From assembly GCA_015068365.1 (NCBI GenBank), contig SVKR01000035.1, forward strand, positions 1 through 49,734: 49,734 bases of DNA, given 5' to 3'. A program made the translations under genes and the position numbers. Source of the DNA: Oscillospiraceae bacterium. GTDB taxonomy: Bacteria > Bacillota > Clostridia > Oscillospirales > Oscillospiraceae. Below are positions 42,440 through 49,734 of the stretch, piece by piece; the first letter of the stretch is position 1; each line of letters starts with the position of its first letter. The notes under the pieces were generated by a model that saw only the letters and a list, made by a program, of their open reading frames with translations, did no database searches and was not told where the DNA came from.

Positions 42440-43177
42440 TTACAGGTTGCCCGTGGCGTACATCAGCGCGGTCAGCGCCGCCAGGGGCGCGGTCTCGCAG
42501 CGGAGGATGCGCGGGCCCATGGAGCAGATGCGGAAGCCCAGCGCCCGCGCAAGGTCCGCCTCAAAGGGCTCAAAGCCCCCCTCCGGCCCGGTGAGGATGG
42601 CGGCGGAGGCGATCTTCCCGGCGGATTCGATGGCGCTGCGCAGCTCCACGCGCTCGCCGGTCTCGTAGAGGAAGAGGGGCAGGTCGGTCTTGACGGCGAT
42701 GTCCAGCGCGCCGGCAAAATCCGGCACGGCGGACACCGTGGGGATCACGCCCCGGCCGGACTGCTTGGCCGCCTCCTCGGCGATGCGCTGCCAGCGCACC
42801 AGCTTCTTCTCCATGCCCTTCGGGTCGGGCTTGGCCACGCAGCGGTGACTGACGAAAAAGACGATCTCGCTGGCGCCGCCCTCGGTGCATTTCTGCACCA
42901 CATAGTCGCTGCGCTCGCCCTGCTTGGGCAGCCCGGCCAGCACCACGGCGCGCACGTCCGGCTCGGCGGGGCAGGGGACGGACTCGACGACCTCCGCTTC
43001 CACCTCCTCGGGGGTGATGCGCGTGACGGTGCAGTGGTGGTCGGTCCGCTCCCCGTCGCAGACGACGATCCGGTCGCCGATCTTGAGGCGCAGGACCTTC
43101 GCGTGCTCCGCGTCCGCGCCGGTGATGAAGACGGTGCCGCCGGCAATGTTGCTGCCGGCCATGAAGAATCGGGCCAT
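42440..43177 (-). CDS. rsmE: 16S rRNA (uracil1498-N3)-methyltransferase
   Basis: MARFF..AEHAKVLRLKIGD, QRWQRIAEEAAKQSGR, GPEGGF and LGPRILRCETA. Confidence 0.87.
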   Translation of the reverse strand: MARFFMAGSNIAGGTVFITGADAEHAKVLRLKIGDRIVVCDGERTDHHCTVTRITPEEVEAEVVESVPCPAEPDVRAVVLAGLPKQGERSDYVVQKCTEGGASEIVFFVSHRCVAKPDPKGMEKKLVRWQRIAEEAAKQSGRGVIPTVSAVPDFAGALDIAVKTDLPLFLYETGERVELRSAIESAGKIASAAILTGPEGGFEPFEADLARALGFRICSMGPRILRCETAPLAALTALMYATGNL

Positions 43178-43221
43178 GTCGGTCCCTCCCGTGGGTGAAG
43201 GATGATGGGTATATTATGGCA

Positions 43222-43256
43222 CAAAAAAGATGCAGACGCAACCGCGTCTGCATCTT
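43222..43256 (-). terminator. Intrinsic terminator after rplL
   Basis: On the minus strand: AAGATGCAGACGC / GCGTCTGCATCTT stem followed by TTTTTT. Confidence 0.8.
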
Positions 43257-43274
43257 TTCGTTCGGTTTGAGCGA

Positions 43275-43646
43275 TTACTTGAGCTCGACCTTGGCGCCGA
43301 CGGCCTCCAGCTTGGCCTTGAGCTCTTCGGCCTCTTCCTTGGAAGCGCCTTCCTTGATCTTGGCGGGGACGCCTTCGACCATCGCCTTCGCCTCAGCCAG
43401 GCCGAGACCGGTGATGCCGCGGACTTCCTTGATGACCTTGATCTTCTCAGCACCGAAGTCGGTCATGACGACGTCGAACTCGGTCTTCTCTTCCACAGCG
43501 GCGGCAGCCACGGGAGCGGCGGCGACAGCAGCGGCGGCGGCGGACACGCCGAAGGCCTCCTCCAGAGCGTGCACGAGCTCAGACAGCTCCAGAACGCTGA
43601 GGGCCTTGACTTCTTCGATCATAGCAGTAACTTTTTCGCTAGCCAT
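43275..43646 (-). CDS. rplL: 50S ribosomal protein L7/L12
   Basis: [34 protein letters not shown] and VGAKVELK. Confidence 0.96.
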   Translation of the reverse strand: MASEKVTAMIEEVKALSVLELSELVHALEEAFGVSAAAAAVAAAPVAAAAVEEKTEFDVVMTDFGAEKIKVIKEVRGITGLGLAEAKAMVEGVPAKIKEGASKEEAEELKAKLEAVGAKVELK

Positions 43647-43729
43647 TGTAATTTCCTCCTAAAATAATCTTTGTTGCGGCGGGGCAGCAATCCTCTGCCC
43701 GCCTTTCGGTGGGTTGCAGCCGGTCAGTC

Positions 43730-44260
43730 TTACTCGGCTGCGGGGGCTTCCGCGGCGGGCGCGCCGCCCTTTTGCTCCAGGATCTGGTTCAGCACGACGG
43801 CCAGGCTGGTGATGGGCGCCAGCAGGGTACCGAAGACCTGAGAATACAGCGCTTCCTTGCTGGGCAGCGCGGAGATCTCGGCGATCTCGGCATCGCTCAG
43901 GACTTTGCCGTCCATGAACGCGGCCTTGATGTTGAACACGTCATTCAGCTTCTTGGAATAGTCGCTGATGATCCGGAAGGGGGCGATGGGGTCGCCGGCA
44001 CTGGTCGCGAGAGAAGTCGTCCCGTTCAGGATGGGATCGATCTCCTTCAGCCCGCAGTCATCTAGCGCGAAACGAGTCAGGGTATTCTTGATGACGGAAT
44101 ACTCCACATCATTCTTGCGCAGCTCGGTACGCAGTTCGGTGTCCTGGGCGACGGTGATGCCCTTGTAGTCCACGAACACGCCGGAGTTGGCATTCTTGAT
44201 GCGCTCGATCAGCGCCGCAACGATTGCCTGCTTCTCGCTGAGGATTTTTGCGTTCGGCAT
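43730..44260 (-). CDS. rplJ: 50S ribosomal protein L10
   Basis: ATG at 44260 after GGAGGTGA. VFVDYKGITVAQDTELR..LR and VIKNTL motifs. Confidence 0.93.
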   Translation of the reverse strand: MPNAKILSEKQAIVAALIERIKNANSGVFVDYKGITVAQDTELRTELRKNDVEYSVIKNTLTRFALDDCGLKEIDPILNGTTSLATSAGDPIAPFRIISDYSKKLNDVFNIKAAFMDGKVLSDAEIAEISALPSKEALYSQVFGTLLAPITSLAVVLNQILEQKGGAPAAEAPAAE

Positions 44261-44403
44261 GGTTTCACCTCCGATGAGATTTGCGCCCGGAAAAGAAAAA
44301 TCCCTGTGCCCGGAAAGACACAAGGACAGAAAGCAACAATGAATCTTGATGCCGTCCTCGGCAGGACTTACGGCCCGGGGGCCACCTGCTGTCTTTGGAG
44401 CGC
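44261..44403 (-). promoter_or_regulatory. Probable ribosomal protein L10 leader (autoregulatory 5' UTR)
   Basis: The ~140-nt leader contains AAGACAGCAGGTG..GTAAGTCCTGCCGAGGAC, which resembles the L10-leader/23S mimic as I recall it. A hairpin CCGGGCACAGGG..TTTTCTTTTCCGGGCG follows. Confidence 0.5.
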
Positions 44404-44409
44404 TATGAC

Positions 44410-45580
<1,171 letters not shown>

Positions 45581-45596
45581 GCATCAGCAAAAGTAT

Positions 45597-45624
45597 TCGC
45601 CCCCGGAAGGCCTTCCGGGGGCGA
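45597..45624 (+). terminator. GC-rich palindromic hairpin after gap (copy 1)
   Basis: TCGCCCCCGGAAGG / CCTTCCGGGGGCGA. The downstream tract is weakly T-rich (TTCAGAC). Confidence 0.45.
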
Positions 45625-45714
45625 TTCAGACTGTCAAAAAACTATGCTTCAGCGTATCGATCACTGAGCAGCAGGGGAGTCCGAGGGGGCAAGGCCCCAT
45701 CGGGTTGAATCAAT

Positions 45715-45746
45715 GAGCTTGTCAAAAAGACTTTTTTGACAAGCTC
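45715..45746. repeat. AT-centred perfect inverted repeat
   Basis: GAGCTTGTCAAAAA..TTTTTGACAAGCTC. Confidence 0.6.
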
Positions 45747-45781
45747 AATCGCCCCCGGAACGCTTCCGGGGGCGATTTTTT
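45747..45781 (+). terminator. Hairpin copy 2 with full T-run
   Basis: AATCGCCCCCGGAA / TTCCGGGGGCGATT stem followed by TTTTTT. Near-identical to copy 1. Confidence 0.65.
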
Positions 45782-45800
45782 GCGCTTTCAGGCGATGCGC

Positions 45801-46226
45801 TCACGAGGAGAAATGGTGGCAGCTGCCGCAGCCCTGCTGCTGGCCGTGGCAGCCGTGGGCGGCGCAGTCGTGCGCCTGGCCGGCGTCATGATGATGGCAG
45901 TGCACGTCCGGGTCATAGCCCAGCGTGCCGGCCAGAAAGCTGTCCACCGCCGCGTCCGCGTCCCCGGTCACGCCGCCGTAGAGCAGCACGCCCACGTCCT
46001 CCAGCGCCGCCCGCGCCCCGCCGCCGATGCCGCCGCAGATGAGGGCGTTGACGCGCATCTGCGCCAGAAAGTCCGCCAGGGCGTCATGCCCCTGCTCCGG
46101 CGCGGCGATGACGAGGGAGCTGACGATTTTGCCGTCCTCCACATTGTAGAGCTTGAAGCACTCGGTATGGCCGAAGTGCTGGAACACCCGGCCGCTGTCC
46201 TTTTCATAGCTGACTGCGATTCGCAT
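45801..46226 (-). CDS. NifB/NifX-family (dinitrogenase FeMo-cofactor-binding fold) protein with His/Cys-rich tail
   Basis: MRIAVSYEKDSGRVFQHFGHTECFKLY and ALICGGIGGGA. Tail: DVHCHHHDAGQAHDCAAHGCHGQQQGCGSCHH. Confidence 0.8.
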   Translation of the reverse strand: MRIAVSYEKDSGRVFQHFGHTECFKLYNVEDGKIVSSLVIAAPEQGHDALADFLAQMRVNALICGGIGGGARAALEDVGVLLYGGVTGDADAAVDSFLAGTLGYDPDVHCHHHDAGQAHDCAAHGCHGQQQGCGSCHHFSS

Positions 46227-46381
46227 AACGAAACCTCACTTTAACGGTCTTTGTCTCCAGTATACCCTGCCTGTCAAGCGGGCATAAGTTCGCGCCGCGC
46301 CTCATATACATGGGAGTATCCGCCGCTGGGGGCTTGTCTGCCCCGCGCGGGGGAGAAACCACAAACGGAGGGATGCGAACT

Positions 46382-46978
46382 ATGAAACGGATGGCTTTGC
46401 TGCTGGCCGCGGGGGCGCTGGCGCTTTCGGCGCTGGCCGGGCCCGCCGCGGCGGCCTATGTGCCGGAGCGGGACTATATGGCCGAGATGGCCGAGGCGGT
46501 GATGGCGGGGGACTATGCCGCCGGGGCCGCCGCCGCGGCGCAGCGGGAGGAGAAGATCGCCGACCTGGCGCTGGACTACCCCGCCATTGAGTTTGAGGAG
46601 CTCTGGCTGCTGTCGAAGATCATCTATGCCGAGGCCGGCAGCGTCTGGCTGCCGATGGACTGGAAGATGGCGGTGGGGGAGGTGGTGCTGAACCGCATGG
46701 CCTCCCCGGAGTTCCCGGACACCATGCGCGAGGTGCTGGAGCAGCCGGGGCAGTATTACGGCAAGGGCAGCGGCTACTTCAACGGCATCAAGCCCTCGGC
46801 GGAGTGCGTGGAGGCTGCGCGGCGGCTGCTGGAGGGCGAGCGGGTGCTGGGCGAGCCGGGGGTGGTGTTCCAGTCCAATTACCGGCTGGGCAGCGCCGTG
46901 TACCTGGAGATGCAGGACCGGCTTCTGGGCAGCACCTACTTCTGCCTGTCCAGCCACCCGGAGCTGTATCAGGCGTGA
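46382..46978 (+). CDS. Secreted cell-wall hydrolase (SleB/Hydrolase_2 family)
   Basis: ATG at 46382, 9 nt after GGAGGG. Signal peptide MKRMALLLAAGALALSALAGPAAA. LLSKIIYAEAG, VGEVVLNRM and QPGQY. Confidence 0.8.
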   Translation: MKRMALLLAAGALALSALAGPAAAAYVPERDYMAEMAEAVMAGDYAAGAAAAAQREEKIADLALDYPAIEFEELWLLSKIIYAEAGSVWLPMDWKMAVGEVVLNRMASPEFPDTMREVLEQPGQYYGKGSGYFNGIKPSAECVEAARRLLEGERVLGEPGVVFQSNYRLGSAVYLEMQDRLLGSTYFCLSSHPELYQA

Positions 46979-47049
46979 TCTGAAAACCGCGGCCGCCGCC
47001 GCGTGACGGCGGCTTGAAAAACTCCATGGGCGCATGCTATACTGTGCCC

Positions 47050-47709
47050 ATGGAGATTTTATATTCTGACAGATTTCTCATCGTATGCGTCAAGCCCGCC
47101 GGGGTGCTGAGCACCGACGAGCCCGGCGGCGTGCCGTCCCTGGCGCGCCAGGCGCTGGGGGACGAGCGCGCCGACGTGCGCACCGTCCACCGGCTGGACC
47201 GGGTGGTGGGCGGCGTGATGCTGCTGGCCCGCGGCGCCGACGCCGCTGCCGCCTTGGGGCGGCAGGTGATGGACGGGAGCTTTCAAAAGCGCTATCTCGC
47301 CGTGGTGCACGGCGCGCCGGAGGCGGGCGCGGGCACATTCACGGACCTGCTGCGCCGGGACCGGCGGGAGTGCCGGACCTATGTGACCGACACGCCGGGC
47401 AAGGATGCGCGCGAGGCCATCTCGGACTACACGCTTCTGGAGCGGGCCGGGGCGCTGTCGCTGCTGCGCATCTCCCTGCGCACCGGGCGCACCCACCAGA
47501 TCCGCGCCCAGTTCGCCCACCACGGCCTGCCGCTGGTGGGGGACCGGAAGTACGGCACCCTGGCCGACGGGGAGACGCCCATCGCCCTGTGGTCCCACGC
47601 CATCGCCTTTGCCCATCCGGACACCGGCGCGGCCATGGCCTTTCGCCTGCCGCCGCCGCGCATTGATCCTTGGACGGAATTTTCAGCCTGGGAGGAGACC
47701 GCGCCATGA
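47050..47709 (+). CDS. RluA-family pseudouridine synthase (no S4 domain)
   Basis: VKPAGVLS, HRLDRVVGGVMLLAR and RTGRTHQIRAQFAHHGLPLVGDRKYG. The start is uncertain (47050 chosen). Confidence 0.85.
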   Translation: MEILYSDRFLIVCVKPAGVLSTDEPGGVPSLARQALGDERADVRTVHRLDRVVGGVMLLARGADAAAALGRQVMDGSFQKRYLAVVHGAPEAGAGTFTDLLRRDRRECRTYVTDTPGKDAREAISDYTLLERAGALSLLRISLRTGRTHQIRAQFAHHGLPLVGDRKYGTLADGETPIALWSHAIAFAHPDTGAAMAFRLPPPRIDPWTEFSAWEETAP

Positions 47710-48869
47710 CAGAACAAACGACATTCGCCCCCTGCCCGAAGCGGAAGCAGTGCGGTGGCTGCCAGCTGATGCACCTGCCCTATGCCCGGCAGCTGGAGCG
47801 CAAGCAGGCCCGGCTGGAGGGGCTTCTGGGCCGCTTCGGCCCTGTGGCGCCCATCGCGGGCATGGCCCGGCCTTACCACTATCGCGGCAAGGTGCAGGCC
47901 GCCTTCGGCGTGGACGGGCGCGGGCGCATCATCTCCGGGGTCTACCAGTCCGGGAGCCACCGCATCGTCTGCGTGGACGACTGCCTGCTGGAGGACGAGA
48001 CGGCCGACGCCATCATCGTTTCCATCCGGCGGATGATGCCGAAGTTCAAGATGACCGCCTATGACGAGCGGCGGGGGCGGGGCTTTCTGCGCCACGTGCT
48101 GGTGCGCCGCAGCGCCTCCACCGGCGAGGTCATGGTGGTGCTGGTGGCGACGGAGGCGCGCTTTCCGCTGCAAAAGCCCTTCCTGGCGGCGCTTCTGGAT
48201 GCGCACCCGGAGATCACCACCGTGGTGCTGAACATCAACGACGCCTTTACGCCCCTGGTGCTGGGCAAGCGGGAAAAGACGCTGTTCGGCCCCGGCTTCA
48301 TCGAGGACGAGCTGTGCGCCCTGCGCTTTCGCATCAGTCCGGCCAGCTTTTATCAGGTCAACCCCGCCCAGACCGAGCTGCTGTACCGCACGGCCATCGG
48401 CTTCGCCGCGCTCACGGGGCGGGAGCGGGTGCTGGACGCCTATTGCGGCACGGGCACCATCGGCCTGGCGGCCGCCGGCAGCGCGGAGAGCGTGGCCGGG
48501 GTGGAGCTGAACCGCGACGCGGTGCGCGACGCCATCGCCAACGCCCGGCGCAACGGCATCCGCAACGCCTGGTTCACCTGCGCCGACGCCGGGCAGTTCA
48601 TGGCCCAATGCGCCCGGGAAGGCGAGCGCTGCGACGTGGTGTTCATGGACCCGCCGCGCGCCGGAGCCAGCGCAGAGTTTCTGGAGAGCCTGCTGCTGCT
48701 CGGCCCGCAGCGCGTGGTCTATGTCTCCTGCAACCCGGAGACCCTGGCCCGGGACCTGGGGCGGCTGACGCGCGGCGGCTACCGCGCCGAGCGCATCCAG
48801 CCCGTGGACATGTTCCCGCACACGGAGCATGTCGAGACGGTAGTATTGATGTCAAGAGTCAAAGAATAA
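47706..48869 (+). CDS. rlmD: 23S rRNA (uracil-C5)-methyltransferase, RlmD/RumA family
   Basis: The ATG overlaps the upstream stop (ATGA). Fe-S Cys motif CPKRKQCGGCQL..C, FYQVNP, DAYCGTGTIGL, DPPRAG and VYVSCNP. Confidence 0.87.
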   Translation: MTEQTTFAPCPKRKQCGGCQLMHLPYARQLERKQARLEGLLGRFGPVAPIAGMARPYHYRGKVQAAFGVDGRGRIISGVYQSGSHRIVCVDDCLLEDETADAIIVSIRRMMPKFKMTAYDERRGRGFLRHVLVRRSASTGEVMVVLVATEARFPLQKPFLAALLDAHPEITTVVLNINDAFTPLVLGKREKTLFGPGFIEDELCALRFRISPASFYQVNPAQTELLYRTAIGFAALTGRERVLDAYCGTGTIGLAAAGSAESVAGVELNRDAVRDAIANARRNGIRNAWFTCADAGQFMAQCAREGERCDVVFMDPPRAGASAEFLESLLLLGPQRVVYVSCNPETLARDLGRLTRGGYRAERIQPVDMFPHTEHVETVVLMSRVKE

Positions 48870-48988
48870 TAGGCGCGAAAGCCCAGTAATACTGCGGTTT
48901 TCGGACAATCGGGCAAATTTGGCATCAGGCAGGGCGAACGCTTCTCGGTAACTTATCCACGGGCAAATCGGCTCGAAAAGTGTGAGAG

Positions 48989-49069
48989 TTGAGTTGCCTC
49001 GATAGATGTCACTATGTTGAGTTGCCGAGTTAGATGTTGGGAAGTTGTGGCTGTGAGATAGATGTCAGG
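48989..49069 (+). repeat. Three imperfect direct repeats, 24-28 bp period
   Basis: TTGAGTTGCCTCGATAGATGTCAC (48989), TTGAGTTGCCGAGTTAGATGTTGG (49017) and AGTTGTGGCTGTGAGATAGATGTCAGG (49043). A second pair, GGGCAAAT.(T/G)GGC, lies at about 48911 and 48961. Confidence 0.55.
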
Positions 49070-49218
49070 GAAAAAGGCTCCCACACTGCCATCATCGGCG
49101 GCGGGGAGCGCACTTTACCGGACACAACCAGCGGTAGAGTTGCAGGAAATCAACCTACGGTTCGTGTAAAAATATGATGATACCGGCTATGCTTTAGTCA
49201 TGAAAGGAGGTGCCCGAT

Positions 49219-49734
49219 ATGGATCAAATCAAAATTGGAAAATTCATAGCATCCTGCAGAAAGGAACAGGGCATGACTCAGACAGTCCTTGCCGAGAAGC
49301 TCGGAATCAGTGACCGGGCGATATCAAAATGGGAGACTGGAAAGTCTATGCCGGATTCTGGGATTATGTTGGAGCTGTGTGAACTTCTAAAAATTAACGT
49401 CAACGAACTCCTGTCGGGCGAAAGAGTTATGGCAGAAGCATATGACAAGCGGGCAGAAGAAAACCTGCTGGCAATGAGACGAGAGGTTGAAGAAAAGAAC
49501 AGGCAGATGCTTCAGACGGAATACTGGATTGCGATTCCTGCCGTCATTGCCGGACTGATCATGGTGTTTGTGGCTTCATTTATAGAGATGCCAGTCTGGC
49601 TACGAATTGCACTTATCGTGTTTGCGCTCATAATGCTTTTTACGGTCGCTTTTATCGCCGTGGGTATTGAGCAAAAGGCCGGATACTATGAATGCCAGAA
49701 TTGCCACCACAGATATGTTCCTACATACTGGCAG
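49219..49734 (+). CDS. XRE-family HTH regulator with C-terminal TM segments (3' end beyond window)
   Basis: ATG at 49219 after AAAGGAGG. The frame is open to the window end, so it is absent from the ORF track. IGKFIASCRKEQGMTQTVLAEKLGISDRAISKWETGKSMP is a classic HTH_3. Two TM helices follow, then CQNCHH. Confidence 0.8.
   Translation, partial: MDQIKIGKFIASCRKEQGMTQTVLAEKLGISDRAISKWETGKSMPDSGIMLELCELLKINVNELLSGERVMAEAYDKRAEENLLAMRREVEEKNRQMLQTEYWIAIPAVIAGLIMVFVASFIEMPVWLRIALIVFALIMLFTVAFIAVGIEQKAGYYECQNCHHRYVPTYWQ

Noticed and set aside
40475-43198. 907-aa ORF on the + strand spanning the symporter 3' half, the FAD oxidoreductase and rsmE regions
   Set aside because: The translation is Arg/Gly/Pro/His-rich and low in complexity. 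It is out of frame or antisense to three genes that carry clear family motifs, RBSs and terminators. This is the typical stop-codon-poor artefact of high-GC DNA.
43177-43275. ICE insertion at the rplL 3' end (a hotspot in streptococci)
   Set aside because: Only a terminator and the rsmE promoter lie here, with no compositional break or repeats.

Overview
High-GC DNA (roughly two-thirds G+C by eye, not computed). AGGAGG-type ribosome-binding sites, sigma-A-like promoters and hairpin/T-run terminators suggest a chromosomal segment of a Gram-positive anaerobe, probably Clostridia/Oscillospiraceae-like; the taxon is inference. I support about 50 genes.

Gene content in order:
- The 3' part of a Pel-type exopolysaccharide locus (pelF, pelG), extended by a DUF2304 protein, GT4, GT2 and a Stealth hexose-1-phosphotransferase.
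- A compact cassette at 6.0-11.3 kb, described below.
- An aminotransferase.
- An MFS/ClC/GH3 operon followed by a ferredoxin and a flavoprotein fused to a PhlG/phloretin-hydrolase-like domain.
- GGDEF cyclase, DUF4342, YwaF-like, PAP2, a SpoIIE-type phosphatase and a VOC protein.
- A low-GC two-gene islet abutting tmRNA, then ppiB and smpB.
- NUDIX, then a WalRK-like block (regulator, kinase, two membrane-anchored accessory proteins, murA, walJ-like MBL hydrolase, rlmH).
- Phosphoglucomutase.
- A glycine riboswitch upstream of an alanine/glycine:cation symporter.
- FAD oxidoreductase, rsmE, rplL, rplJ with its leader and promoter, gap, a NifX-like protein, an SleB-like hydrolase, rluA-family and rlmD.
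- A compositional break with direct repeats and an XRE regulator at the window end.

The best candidate for an undescribed system is the 6.0-11.3 kb cassette. It contains an NTP_transf_5 nucleotidyltransferase, a fused PqqD-like/HPr-kinase-like protein coupled to an ABC exporter, and a soluble Ser/His S24/S26-type peptidase. It also holds a well-signalled 146-aa ORF with a leader-like N-terminus and no signal peptide. No known RiPP core enzyme is present.

Many long ORFs in the six-frame track are antisense or alternate-frame artefacts of the high GC content and were rejected. All family assignments come from motif recognition by eye and no searches were run.
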